Source of the DNA: Patescibacteria group bacterium
Lineage (GTDB): Bacteria; Patescibacteriota; Microgenomatia; UBA10105; UBA927
Direction of reading: 5' to 3'
Length of the DNA stretch: 64,000 nt
Assembly (NCBI GenBank): GCA_041753515.1
Contig: JBGSUE010000040.1
Coordinates: forward strand, 8,290-72,289
A program made the translations under genes and the position numbers. Positions 29,364-39,779 of this stretch are shown here, in pieces. Every line of letters begins with the position of its first letter. Positions within the stretch are counted from its first letter, which is position 1. The notes under the pieces are model-generated. The model saw only the letters and a program-made list of their open reading frames with translations. It did no database searches and had not been told where the DNA came from.

Positions 29364-30574
29364 TGCACAATAAGCACTTCATCATTCTTCTTCTTTGTGC
29401 CGGATTCCTGTTCAGATTGTACTTCTTTTCCTGGACGGAAACGCGCCTTATCCATGATATGGAAACCAACCATACGCATGCTCTGACTCTCATGGAGGGT
29501 AAGATTGCCACCGACTGCTGCAATAAAAACGTGGAATATAGCATGTTTTTGGCAATAATCTACTCTATCTTTAAAACCACAGAATTGTATCCCGTCAAAA
29601 TACTCCAGATTCTCATGGATGTTTCGACAGGATTCCTGCTGTATCTCACTGCACAAAAAATCAACAAAAAATCAGCTATTCCTGTACTCATCCTCTATCT
29701 GTTCAATCCGTTGACCAGCGCATTTACCGGATTACGGCTTGCCGAAATACTTACGATTTGGTACATCACACTTATTGCGTACGTTCTCACACTCAAAAAA
29801 TCACCGCTCCTATGGCTGGCAGTCGGACTACTTCTCGGAAATCTCGTATTCGTGAGGCTCCAATTCTTTTACTTCTCCGTAGTCTTTATTATATTATTGG
29901 TATTACAAAATAAATTCCGGCTGAGTGTTTTTATTTTACTGTGTTCCGGATTTCTTCTGGGTAGTGCCTATATGCCTATTGCCAATTATGCCAATTACGG
30001 AAAAGCGTCCTTCACCCCGCCATACAACTGGATGTGGGGAGTGGGACTGTATTCCAATTTTTACCGCGAAACGCGCAAGAGCGAAATAGAATCACCGCTC
30101 AATAAAACGCCAAATCTCACCGAATGGCGGATTTTCGATGAATACCTGTACGCGGATTCGCTTGAAACAACTGCCAATCTCGAAAAAAAATACAAAGCAC
30201 TTTTTATAGAAAAAATCCGTACAGATTGGCTCCTGTTTACGAAACACCAGATGCAGAATATCATATGGTTGTGGGATAAAAACCACCTATCCGAATACAT
30301 CGACCCATACTACCCTGCCAATGAAATCCCTGTTCGTATATATAATTTCATATTATTGGTTTTGTCTGTATTTGGATTTTCGCACTACGCAAAGCGAAAA
30401 ACTCTCCGCGACCCCTTTTCCCTTTTGACCTTTTCCCTGTTTCTGTATATCACGTTCATGTTTTCCCTCGTTTCAAACGAATCCCGCCAGACTCTTGCGT
30501 TTTATCCCCTCATCTTCCTCTGGGCCGGATACGGAATATCAAATACATTTAGTTTTAAAACTGATCAATCCTAA
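29363..30574 (+). CDS. GT-C (ArnT/PMT_2-like) membrane glycosyltransferase, family B
   Basis: IHDME loop, QILMDV.TG, FNPLTSA...LAE, ESRQT. Related to 48611 and 54275. Confidence 0.78.
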   Translation: MHNKHFIILLLCAGFLFRLYFFSWTETRLIHDMETNHTHALTLMEGKIATDCCNKNVEYSMFLAIIYSIFKTTELYPVKILQILMDVSTGFLLYLTAQKINKKSAIPVLILYLFNPLTSAFTGLRLAEILTIWYITLIAYVLTLKKSPLLWLAVGLLLGNLVFVRLQFFYFSVVFIILLVLQNKFRLSVFILLCSGFLLGSAYMPIANYANYGKASFTPPYNWMWGVGLYSNFYRETRKSEIESPLNKTPNLTEWRIFDEYLYADSLETTANLEKKYKALFIEKIRTDWLLFTKHQMQNIIWLWDKNHLSEYIDPYYPANEIPVRIYNFILLVLSVFGFSHYAKRKTLRDPFSLLTFSLFLYITFMFSLVSNESRQTLAFYPLIFLWAGYGISNTFSFKTDQS

Positions 30575-30581
30575 CAAAGGA

Positions 30582-30681
30582 TGTCATCGCGAGCCAAGCT
30601 CAGCTTGGCGTGGCGATCTAAATCGGAATTCAAATCATCCCCACGGGATTGCTTCTCCGTGGGAACGGTATCGCAATGACA
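30582..30681. repeat. TGTC-tagged palindromic element 5 (TCGCGAG subtype)
   Basis: TGTCATCGCGAGCCAAGCTCAGCTTGGCGTGGCGATC..GGGATTGCTTC..TCGCAATGACA. Left arm is nearly identical to element 7. Confidence 0.9.
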
Positions 30682-30781
30682 TTTTTCTTTGAAAATTTCT
30701 GAATCTGTAGAGAATATATATTTCAGATGAATCATGATTCAATCAACTTGGTATTCATTATCGTAAAGTATAATGTAGTTC

Positions 30782-32170
30782 ATGAATATACTAGTAAAAA
30801 TTCTTATTGGTATCACGACGGGGGTACTCATCATCCACTTCCTGTTCGCATGGATGGTCACCAATGTCGACACATCCTACTTTCATGCATTTGCCAACTA
30901 CATCCGGACTGGTGTGTATGAACACTTCATGCTCTATGAATACAAAAAACCGCTCACCAATAATGCACCACTGTACAGTGTTTTGCTTGCGTCCGTTTAC
31001 GCGTTTCCCTCATCCGATATCCTCCTTCATGCCGTCCAGCTTGCCATGCTCGTCCACACCGGATATATGGTCTTCCGGATGCTTCTTCGATATACCGGAA
31101 AATCATTGGCAATCATCAGCGGCTCTATAACAATTCTTATCCCGGGAAACCTAGCGTATGCATCCCACATCATGAGTGAAATCACCATGCAGTATTTTTT
31201 TACCTCCTATATGTACCTCCTATGGGAAAATGTCCACACAAAAAAAACATCATACCTAACCCAGGCTGTATTCATGGGGTTTGCCATGGGTCTCGTCCGG
31301 TACTCATACATCATCTGCGGTCCACTTGCACTAGCCTATCTTCTTCGGACTCACAGAAAAATCGACAAAACATATATTTTTCCGGCAGTTGGCATTGTGG
31401 TCATCCTTGTCTGGATGTTGGTCCACAAAGGGATAACCGGAGTTTTTGGTTTGTCGGACTTCTCACGATTACGGTACAACATGGTCATGATGTATGAAGC
31501 GCAGGTAAGTCCTCCGGAGGCGGACCCTTCAACTATAGAACTGCATTCGTTTCTGCCGGAAGGATTTGACCTGAGAAAACCTTTTTGGGAATTTGAACCC
31601 TATATCAATCCGATAACCGGCAATGATTTTCAGGAACTGGACCGGATTGTGGGTTCAGCCGGTATTGCAGCACTTCGATCACACCCGGAAAAACTCATAA
31701 CGATTGCATTCTATAATTTTTTCAAACTCCACAACGTAGATTACCCCCACCAGACGCCCTATTCTCCAAGCCTTGCAGACTTCGGTAATCCGGATGCTGA
31801 ATTTCCCAACTATTGCACAACATTTAAAACATTGCGTACCTGCGAACCGATCATTTCACTCCCCTTTTCGGTGCCTGTCTGGAATAGTATATTTATTCTC
31901 TTCAACTGGTTTTACCGGTTTATATTCCCCATCTGGAGCATCTGGATATTTTTTCCGGCACTTTTCTATAGTCTGGCGAAAAACAGGAAAACACGTTTGT
32001 TGGCTTTGTTTTATATTGCTGCCCGCATACCGATAGCAGTCTTCACGTTTCCCCATGCCCGTTATCTTGTCCCGTTCTACCCGGTCATGATGATGATGAC
32101 AATGCTGTTTCTTTCTGATGCCGTACGATTGTTTCGTAATACGTATACGTCTTTCTCAATCCGTCCATAA
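30782..32170 (+). CDS. GT-C-like membrane glycosyltransferase
   Basis: VDTSYF loop, PLYS, IMSE, LVR, HARYLVP, multiple TMs. Confidence 0.72.
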   Translation: MNILVKILIGITTGVLIIHFLFAWMVTNVDTSYFHAFANYIRTGVYEHFMLYEYKKPLTNNAPLYSVLLASVYAFPSSDILLHAVQLAMLVHTGYMVFRMLLRYTGKSLAIISGSITILIPGNLAYASHIMSEITMQYFFTSYMYLLWENVHTKKTSYLTQAVFMGFAMGLVRYSYIICGPLALAYLLRTHRKIDKTYIFPAVGIVVILVWMLVHKGITGVFGLSDFSRLRYNMVMMYEAQVSPPEADPSTIELHSFLPEGFDLRKPFWEFEPYINPITGNDFQELDRIVGSAGIAALRSHPEKLITIAFYNFFKLHNVDYPHQTPYSPSLADFGNPDAEFPNYCTTFKTLRTCEPIISLPFSVPVWNSIFILFNWFYRFIFPIWSIWIFFPALFYSLAKNRKTRLLALFYIAARIPIAVFTFPHARYLVPFYPVMMMMTMLFLSDAVRLFRNTYTSFSIRP

Positions 32171-33014
32171 GTCCGGTTCGCGGTGTCCATTTCAGATTCT
32201 CCTGCGCATAAGAAATATCTGCCAGAGATTGGAATATATCATGTGCGTGACGAGTTTTATATTGAATCCGCAACGGCTGTTTATGCAAAGTTTCCACCAT
32301 CTCCACAAGACTGCGTATGGATGTTTTTGTGCCTGAAGCAATATTGTACACACCGCCTGCTTTCATCGTGTATGCCCGGTAATTTGCTTCTGCGACATCC
32401 TCAACATACACAAAATCCCTTGTTTGATATCCATCCCGTATGACAATATTTTTCCCTGATACCGCTCTTGAGATAATTGTAGGTATGGCTGCATGTGTTC
32501 GGGTAGTTTGGCCGGGACCATACACATTGAAATACCGTACTATCGTTTTTGTGATTTTACCTGTTTTGGCAATGTGTTCAAGCTCCCGTTCTATGGCATA
32601 CTTACTTTTTCCGTATGGAGACAGAATCCGGATAGGCGCGGTTTCGGACGTCGGGATTGAATCAGGATTACCATAGATATGGGCGCTTGACGCAAAAATA
32701 ATCTGACCGGTTCCAGATGCAGCGGCAATGGAAAAAAGGTTTTTTGCAATTGTCACATCCCGGTCTGATTTCTCCGGGTGAAGGACCGATTCAGGAACGC
32801 TCACAAGCTCGCTTGCTAGGTGTATAAGGCAATAAGGCCGGTATTTCCTGAATATTTCGGCAAGTTTGGATGTGTCCTTCAGGTCAACGACGACAGAATT
32901 GTCAGATGGATTGCGGTCCAGTCCAACAACGGGGATATTTTTTCTGCTAAAATAGTGTGCAACATGCCGGCCGATGAAACCGGATGATCCAGTAACGAGA
33001 ACCGTACGACCCAT
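32085..33014 (-). CDS. NAD-dependent epimerase (UDP-glucose 4-epimerase-like)
   Basis: VLVTGSSGFIG, FASSA..YG, SPYGKSK, RYFNVYGP, RDFVYVEDVA. Start is 33014, 33020 or 33035. Confidence 0.92.
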   Translation of the reverse strand: MGRTVLVTGSSGFIGRHVAHYFSRKNIPVVGLDRNPSDNSVVVDLKDTSKLAEIFRKYRPYCLIHLASELVSVPESVLHPEKSDRDVTIAKNLFSIAAASGTGQIIFASSAHIYGNPDSIPTSETAPIRILSPYGKSKYAIERELEHIAKTGKITKTIVRYFNVYGPGQTTRTHAAIPTIISRAVSGKNIVIRDGYQTRDFVYVEDVAEANYRAYTMKAGGVYNIASGTKTSIRSLVEMVETLHKQPLRIQYKTRHAHDIFQSLADISYAQENLKWTPRTGLMDGLRKTYTYYETIVRHQKETALSSSS

Positions 33015-33777
33015 GAACATTACAGTATCACTCATTATCCCCTTTTACAATGAGGCCCAAATCCTGCCGCACACGATTGACTGCCTGTTAAAATACAGGG
33101 AGAAAAATCTTAAAAACTGCGAAATTATTTTTGCCGATGACGGATCAACGGATTGTTCTGCCCCAATCATTCGGGATCTTACGAAAAATAAGAAGCACAT
33201 CACGGTGGTTCAAAATCCGGTTAATATGGGACGCGGTGAAGCAATCCGGCGTGCCATGTTGACCGCAAAAGGAAATATCATCGGGTATCTTGATGCGGAT
33301 CTGGAAATCAGTGAAACATACATCTTGCCGATGATACGATGTCTTCACGATGCAGATGCAGTCATTGCGTCAAAATTTGCACACGGAGCACATACCCGTA
33401 CATCGCTCGTACGCAAAATCCCCAGCATTCTCTTTAATTGGATGATACGGAAAATTCTCTCCACGAATATTTCCGATCATCAGGCAGGATGTAAGTTTTT
33501 CAAACGCGAGGTGATTTCCGCCGTACTTCCGCTTACGAACCAATACGGATGGCTATTTGATATTGAGATGCTGTATGGTGCACGACAACATTCATTCACA
33601 ATCGAAGAGTTTCCAATTTCCGTTGCGTACGGCAGAGGCAGTATTCATCCGTCCTTCGTCTTTGACTTTTTACGTCTTCCGGGTGTACTCTTGAATCTTA
33701 AAAGGAACACCCATGAAAACATCCAAAAAAATCCTGATCACAGGCGGAGCCGGATTCATCGGACGCCATCTGACTGA
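33013..33777 (+). CDS. GT2, dolichyl-phosphate glucosyltransferase (Alg5)-like
   Basis: SLIIPFYNE, DDGSTD, NMGRG, YLDADL, DHQAGCKFF, WLFDIEML. Confidence 0.9.
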   Translation: MNITVSLIIPFYNEAQILPHTIDCLLKYREKNLKNCEIIFADDGSTDCSAPIIRDLTKNKKHITVVQNPVNMGRGEAIRRAMLTAKGNIIGYLDADLEISETYILPMIRCLHDADAVIASKFAHGAHTRTSLVRKIPSILFNWMIRKILSTNISDHQAGCKFFKREVISAVLPLTNQYGWLFDIEMLYGARQHSFTIEEFPISVAYGRGSIHPSFVFDFLRLPGVLLNLKRNTHENIQKNPDHRRSRIHRTPSD

Positions 33778-34597
33778 ATACCTTCTGTCCTTAGGCCATA
33801 CAGTCACACTTCTTGACCGCTCGGCAAAATCGGAATTGAAAAATGTCCGATTGATCAGGGGAGACATCACCAACCCGGCAGTGGTTTCCAAATCCATGAA
33901 AGGTCAGGATAGTGTCTACCATCTGGCTGGAGTCCTTGGAACTGAAGAACTTTTATTTGATACGGCCAATGCGGTAAAAATCAACATTCTGGGAGCAATC
34001 AATATTATGGAGGTGGCTGTCAAAAACCGCACAAAACTCATCCTCATTTCAAAACCGAATCCATGGCTCAATACCTATTCCATCACCAAAGAAACATCGG
34101 AAAAATTTGCCATGATGTACAGGAAAGAATTCAATCTCAAGACCGTTATTATCAAATGGTTCAGTGTCTACGGCCCGGGTCAAAAATACGGTCATGTCCA
34201 AAAAGCAGTCCCCACATTTATTATCCGGGCACTGAAGAATAAACCACTTCCTGTGTTTGATAAAGGGCACCAAACGGCAGATTTTATCTATGTTTCAGAT
34301 GCGGCAAAAGCAACTGTGGACGTATCTGAAAATCCACAATCAGAAGGACAAACAGTGGAAATCGGAACCGGTACTGAAACACGGATCATAGATCTGGCCA
34401 AACTCATCATCAAGCTCACGGGAGGCTCATCAAAAATTTCATATGAGCCGATGCGCAAAGGTGAGGACCACAACGCCCGTGTCGTGGCAGATACGTCGCT
34501 TCTTAATAAACTTACGAAGTTCAAACCACTCATAGATCTTGAAACAGGATTACAACACACCATCGACTACTACCGGAGTCTTCTGCGCACACCCTGA
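33713..34597 (+). CDS. NAD-dependent epimerase/dehydratase
   Basis: LITGGAGFIG, YHLAG, YSITK, VYGP, DFIYVSD. Confidence 0.92.
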   Translation: MKTSKKILITGGAGFIGRHLTEYLLSLGHTVTLLDRSAKSELKNVRLIRGDITNPAVVSKSMKGQDSVYHLAGVLGTEELLFDTANAVKINILGAINIMEVAVKNRTKLILISKPNPWLNTYSITKETSEKFAMMYRKEFNLKTVIIKWFSVYGPGQKYGHVQKAVPTFIIRALKNKPLPVFDKGHQTADFIYVSDAAKATVDVSENPQSEGQTVEIGTGTETRIIDLAKLIIKLTGGSSKISYEPMRKGEDHNARVVADTSLLNKLTKFKPLIDLETGLQHTIDYYRSLLRTP

Positions 34598-35307
34598 AGA
34601 TACGTGAGGACCGTAAAATATTCATTGATGGTGCGCACCACATTCATCTTACTCTCCCCCTGTTTTTTTCCATAGTCGTAGATAAAAGGAATTTCAGAAA
34701 TTTTTCCGGTAAAAAAAGAAAGTTTTATGAGAAGTTCCGCATTGGCAACAAATCCAAGAGATTGGATAAGACCAAAAAGTCCGAATGATGCGACTGCTTT
34801 CTGGATAATCCGTATTCTGTATGCGCGGTAAAAAATCGTATAATCCCGGACATCTGCGATGGGAAAATAATAACGCAACAGTAAACTTGCAAAGTGGCTA
34901 AATATCCTGCGAGTAAAGGGAAAATTTTTATACGCTCCGCCTGAAACATACCGGGAGGCAATCACGATATCGTTTTGTTTTAACCCTGCAAGTAGAGGCA
35001 CAATCCGATCGACAGCACTCGTCCCATCCGCTTCCATGATAATCATCACATCATCCGGCTGTGCATCTTTTAAAACCCGGGCAATACCAGTGGCAAACAC
35101 CGCGCCTACATTCATATTTGTCCGGTAGGTTTCATATGCCAGTTGTTTTCCTTTGAGTTTTTCAAGGATTTTGAGTGAAGAATCTTTCGATCCGTCATTG
35201 ACCGCTACGATTTTGTGGGGCATTTTTTTGAGCGTCCTGTGAATTTCCCCCACCACCCCCTTAATATTTTCCTCTTCATTAAAAACCGGTAGGACAATAA
35301 AAATCAT
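34570..35307 (-). CDS. GT2 DPM1-like synthase (start corrected to 35307)
   Basis: IVLPVFNEE, VNDGSKD, MEADGT, IASRY, DYTIFYRAY. Confidence 0.9.
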   Translation of the reverse strand: MIFIVLPVFNEEENIKGVVGEIHRTLKKMPHKIVAVNDGSKDSSLKILEKLKGKQLAYETYRTNMNVGAVFATGIARVLKDAQPDDVMIIMEADGTSAVDRIVPLLAGLKQNDIVIASRYVSGGAYKNFPFTRRIFSHFASLLLRYYFPIADVRDYTIFYRAYRIRIIQKAVASFGLFGLIQSLGFVANAELLIKLSFFTGKISEIPFIYDYGKKQGESKMNVVRTINEYFTVLTYLQGVRRRLR

Positions 35308-35334
35308 ATCGAAGTCATTATACACGAATATAAA

Positions 35335-36288
35335 TTACAAGGATTTCACCCAATCGATGAGGGATGAGAGGCCGGAGGATACACTCACTCTCGGCTCCCA
35401 GGCGAGAAGCTTATTGGCTTTTGAAATATCAGACACGTAGTATGGCTGGTCGCCGGGGCGAACCTTGTCATAAGTTACAGGGATTTTATACCCCAACAGT
35501 TTCTCAAGTTGTGCCAGAATTTGGATGAGATTGACTGCATTTTTCTCTCCCCCGCCAACGTTAAAAATCTGGCCGGAAACCGTCTTTTTGTCGTGAATAG
35601 CCAGATCGTATAATCGGCATAAATCTTCAATATTGAGTAAATCCCGTATCTGATATCCGTCCCCGTAAATGGTAATCGTTTTTTTGGCGATGGCACGGCG
35701 GACAAAGTGCGCGACCCAGCCCTGATCCTCATTCCCGTACTGGTGAACGCCATATATGCAGGATTTCCGGAAAACCACGGTCGGAATTCCAAAAATCCGA
35801 TGGTAATCATGCATGTAGCAGTCGGCTCCACCTTTACTGCAGGCGTAGGGCGAATAGAAATCCAGTGGCTGAGATTCAGAAACAGGTTTATAGTTATTCG
35901 CAAGATCTCCATACACTTTATTTGTGGATGCATAGGTCACCAATGGTCTATTTCCGGATTTTCGTATTTCCTCAAGAAGCGTAAACGTACCGCGCAGGTT
36001 CACCTCAAAATCCGTTTCAGGATCCTCAACGGAGCTTGTGACAGCTACCTGGGCTGCCAAGTGAAGAATTGCATCCTGATTCTTTACCAGACCGGAAAGT
36101 TTTTTTCCGTCCGTAATATCTCCCTTTACGAATCGGATGCTCTTCCCCTCTTTATTAAGCCAGTCGATATTTTTCTCGGAGCCTTTACGCGACAGACTGT
36201 CGTAGACGACTACATTGTTTTTTTTTGAAAAATAATACGCAAGATTGGAACCGATAAATCCGGCACCTCCGGTGATTAAAATGTTCAT
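35335..36288 (-). CDS. rfbE: CDP-paratose 2-epimerase-like SDR
   Basis: HLAAQVAVTSS, ASTNKVYG, SPYACSKGGAD, FRKSCIYG..Q.G.EDQGWVAHF. The symbol is tentative. Confidence 0.8.
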   Translation of the reverse strand: MNILITGGAGFIGSNLAYYFSKKNNVVVYDSLSRKGSEKNIDWLNKEGKSIRFVKGDITDGKKLSGLVKNQDAILHLAAQVAVTSSVEDPETDFEVNLRGTFTLLEEIRKSGNRPLVTYASTNKVYGDLANNYKPVSESQPLDFYSPYACSKGGADCYMHDYHRIFGIPTVVFRKSCIYGVHQYGNEDQGWVAHFVRRAIAKKTITIYGDGYQIRDLLNIEDLCRLYDLAIHDKKTVSGQIFNVGGGEKNAVNLIQILAQLEKLLGYKIPVTYDKVRPGDQPYYVSDISKANKLLAWEPRVSVSSGLSSLIDWVKSL

Positions 36289-36374
36289 AAATTATGAATT
36301 ATTAATGATGAATTACGAATGAAGATACTTTATCGCAAATTGATTTCATTAGCAAGCTTTGCTACAGTTGGTTC

Positions 36375-38018
36375 ATGAAATCCACATATATTGCACGAGC
36401 GTTTCTTCTCACCATTTTTCTGTTTATCATTCACCTCTTTATCATCAATGATTATTCAATCAACTGGGATTTCCACCATGTCTTTTTTGCAGGTCTCTAC
36501 CACACCGGGCATCCTGTCACACGGGATCTCTGGTATGGCCTACCGTTTAACGATCCGGACCCCATGCGGATGGTGGAAACTCCATTCGGTCCGCTCCAAT
36601 CTGCTATTCCGGTATTATCGTATACGACGTTTTTCGAAAAACTGAAACTATTGCCGTTTGACAGCGCGTTTAATCTTCCTGCAGTTCTGGCCGGTTCTGC
36701 CGGAGTTTTTATTCTGTTTCTCTTTCTTCTGGAAACATTCAACCCCGCAACTGCCTGGGCAGGATTTTTATTCCTGGCATTGTATCCCAGGTTTTGGGGA
36801 GATCTTCATACAAACGTTAAGGATATCCCGACTGCCGTTCTGTATACCCTCTCAATCTATCTTGCCTGGCGGGCAGTCAACCGGAGGATTTGGCCGGATA
36901 TCATTGCCGCAGGCATTGCCACAGGCATAACTTTTAATCTCAAAGTAAACGCCATATTCATACCGATCATTATTGCCGTTTGGATCTTGTGGCTTCTTGC
37001 AACACCTGCCAAAAAACACCTGACAAAACCATTCGGGAATGTGTGGGACAACATCATTACTCCCTTCGGTTGTTATGCCATTATTGCAGCCTTGTCCGCT
37101 TTCGGCATTTGGTCTTTGTTCTGGCACAACCCCTATGACCATCTGGCATATCTGATCCGTTTTTTCCAGTACAACACAACGAATATGGAAGTAATTTTAA
37201 ACGGCTTCTGGTACTGCAGCGGTGTCAATATTCCCTGGTATTACCCCTTCTGGTATCTTGCCATCGTCACGCCGTTGCCTACCCTCATATTTGCAGTCAT
37301 AGGTTTTATGCGTCTTTTCTATCTTGCGCTCATTAAAAAACACCCATTATCTTCGCTCATCATCTTTTGGTTTTTTATCCCGCTTATCAGGTTTATGGTT
37401 CCAAATGCCTCCGTTATCGACGGCATCAGGCATTTTGAGGAAGTCATCTTTCCTTGGCTTGCAGCCGCCGCCATCGGTGCAGCATTTCTTTACAATACAT
37501 TTCTTTCAAAGAAATTATCCGTTCTCCGTCTACCGTCTGCCGTCATTCTATCTGTCTATCTTCTATCATCTATTCTCTCCTATCACCCCTACCAGCTCTC
37601 CTATTTCAATGAACTGGTCGGCGGACTTCCCGGAGCAGTCGGAAAATATGACGTCGATTACTGGGGAATATCGCAGAAAAAAGCCGTAGAATGGCTGAAC
37701 GTAAATGCCAAACCCAACGCAAGCATTCACATTATCATGTCTGCAGACGTGGCCGGAAAATATCTCCGGCCTGATCTTCTGGCAAACCTCAATAAAACGG
37801 ATTACGACAGTGCCGATTACGTGGTCGTCCTAAACCGACAATCCTTCTTTTACCGGTTTTTCTACTCGTGGGAATACTTTTTGAGACGGAAAACCGTATA
37901 TGAAGTGAAAGTGAAAGGCGTACCGCTCACCAGCATTTATCAAAATTCACTGGGAAAATTTGAAAGAAGACCTAATTGGTGGCAGGGAGAAGATCCTTGC
38001 ATGAGAAAATACTGGTAA
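36375..38018 (+). CDS. GT-C (ArnT/PMT_2-like) membrane glycosyltransferase
   Basis: DYSINWD, PRFWG..H.N.KDIP, DGIRHF, YFNELVGG, DVDYWG. Confidence 0.82.
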   Translation: MKSTYIARAFLLTIFLFIIHLFIINDYSINWDFHHVFFAGLYHTGHPVTRDLWYGLPFNDPDPMRMVETPFGPLQSAIPVLSYTTFFEKLKLLPFDSAFNLPAVLAGSAGVFILFLFLLETFNPATAWAGFLFLALYPRFWGDLHTNVKDIPTAVLYTLSIYLAWRAVNRRIWPDIIAAGIATGITFNLKVNAIFIPIIIAVWILWLLATPAKKHLTKPFGNVWDNIITPFGCYAIIAALSAFGIWSLFWHNPYDHLAYLIRFFQYNTTNMEVILNGFWYCSGVNIPWYYPFWYLAIVTPLPTLIFAVIGFMRLFYLALIKKHPLSSLIIFWFFIPLIRFMVPNASVIDGIRHFEEVIFPWLAAAAIGAAFLYNTFLSKKLSVLRLPSAVILSVYLLSSILSYHPYQLSYFNELVGGLPGAVGKYDVDYWGISQKKAVEWLNVNAKPNASIHIIMSADVAGKYLRPDLLANLNKTDYDSADYVVVLNRQSFFYRFFYSWEYFLRRKTVYEVKVKGVPLTSIYQNSLGKFERRPNWWQGEDPCMRKYW

Positions 38019-38019
38019 A

Positions 38020-38904
38020 CTACATCGATGAAATAATTCTGCGCACGATATTACCCGCAGTTAGACCGTGATATTTAAGGAGATTTTCGTAGGATGCACT
38101 TATTGGAGTAAAAATATCTTTCAATCCAAACTTTAATAATTTCATAGTCTTATTATTTTCGAGGATATACTCTCCCACTGCGCTCCCGAATCCTCCGGTC
38201 ACGCGGTGCTCTTCAATCGTTGCCGCTATTTTATAAGTCCTGCATATTTCTTTGAGACGTTTTTTATCCAGCGGGGAAATGATAGGAAACCTGAAAATAT
38301 TGGACCGGATACCAATTTTAAACAGTTTTTTCTGTACCTCATCCGCGAGCCATAATTTTGTTCCAGTTACAAGAAAAGCCATGTCTGTATTCTGCAAAGT
38401 CTGACTTTGCAGAACCTGACGGAGAGGATTCGCCTCGATTCTCAAATACGCAGGCGTACTTGTTTTGGCAAGTGATGCAGTAATTTTTTCGGTTTGTTGT
38501 TGATCGTGCGGGGAAACAATACCCATACCCGGAAGCATCCGCATGAGGGCGATATCTTCCATCGAGTGATGCGTAGGACCGGCTTTATTGTACGCAAGTC
38601 CTGCCCCAATCCCCACAATCTTAACGTTCAGGTTCTGCATGACAATATCGGTGCGGATTTGTTCATAGCACCTCATAGATGCAAACGTGGCAATTGAATA
38701 GATAAACGGTTTCCAACCCGCTGCTGCAAGTCCGGCGGCTACGGTCACCAGGTTTGCCTCGGCAACCCCTATGTTGATAAACCGGTCCGGAAATTTTTCG
38801 GTAAACGGCTCCAGAAACCGGTATCCCAAATCTCCGGTTATGAGCATGATTTTACTATCACGCTCTGCTGCTTTGATAAGTCCCCTGATAAACGCTGCTC
38901 TCAT
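38020..38904 (-). CDS. Split transketolase, C-terminal (pyrimidine-binding) subunit
   Basis: TGDLG, RFINIGVAEAN, R.YEQIR, GPTHHS.ED, TIEEH...GGFGS. Confidence 0.92.
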   Translation of the reverse strand: MRAAFIRGLIKAAERDSKIMLITGDLGYRFLEPFTEKFPDRFINIGVAEANLVTVAAGLAAAGWKPFIYSIATFASMRCYEQIRTDIVMQNLNVKIVGIGAGLAYNKAGPTHHSMEDIALMRMLPGMGIVSPHDQQQTEKITASLAKTSTPAYLRIEANPLRQVLQSQTLQNTDMAFLVTGTKLWLADEVQKKLFKIGIRSNIFRFPIISPLDKKRLKEICRTYKIAATIEEHRVTGGFGSAVGEYILENNKTMKLLKFGLKDIFTPISASYENLLKYHGLTAGNIVRRIISSM

Positions 38905-38912
38905 AATATTTT

Positions 38913-38971
38913 GTCATGCTGAGTGAAACGAAGCATCTCTTCACGAGATTCTTCACTACGTTCAGAATGAC
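38913..38971. repeat. TGTC-tagged palindromic element 6
   Basis: GTCATGCTGAGTGAAACGAAGCATCTC..GAGATTCTTCACTACGTTCAGAATGAC. Confidence 0.88.
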
Positions 38972-39767
38972 TCAGTATATCCTTTTATCAGCTCTATCCT
39001 TGCCTCTTTATATTCAGATTCATTAAATACCTTATAGTGTCCGATGAGCTGGTTTTCAATAATTGATATGCCGTGTCCGAAACCGTGTTGGCAATAATAA
39101 CGCTAGGTGCGTCTTTTTCAAACGGTATACGATGATATGTTTTATTAATCTCTTCAATATTGTGTCCATCAATTGTATGCACGGAAAATCCGAATGACTG
39201 CCATTTTTTTGCAAATGGTTCCAGAGGCGTAATCTCAGACGATGCGCCAAAGCACTGCCATTTGTTGTAATCCACGATGACGGTCAGATTGTCCAATTTC
39301 ATGCGTGATGCAAAAATAGCGGCTTCCCACACACTCCCCTCCCCGCATTCCCCATCGCTGATTAAGACAAAAACGTGCGGAGGTTTTTTATTAATTTTTT
39401 TATATCCCAGTGCTATACCAGAAGCAAATGCCAAGCCATGTCCGAGACTCCCTGATGTCATTTCAATACCGGGATCTTTCATTTCAGGATGCTCGCACAA
39501 TCCACCGGTATCAGCTCCGAACGAATCAATGAGTTTTTTTCCCATGATTTTTTTGTGATACAGCACAGAGTAGAGCGCTGCTGCCGCATGGCCTTTGGAC
39601 AGGATAAACCGGTCTTTTTTCACATCCAGTCTTCCGGCATACAAAACTGCCACAAGATCGGATATCGATAATGCCGATCCGATGTGCCCTGTATGGGCAT
39701 GATAAGAAATATCAAGAGAAGTCAACGCAACCTCATGACAAAATTTCTGTATATTTTTTTTCATCAT
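38962..39767 (-). CDS. Split transketolase, N-terminal TPP-binding subunit; apparent 1-nt deletion near 39078
   Basis: GHIGSALS, DRFILSKGH, SGSLGHGL, SDGECGEG..WEA. The canonical tail GHGISIIENQLIGHYK is in another frame ending at 38962. Confidence 0.88.
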
Positions 39768-39779
39768 AATTCGTAATTC

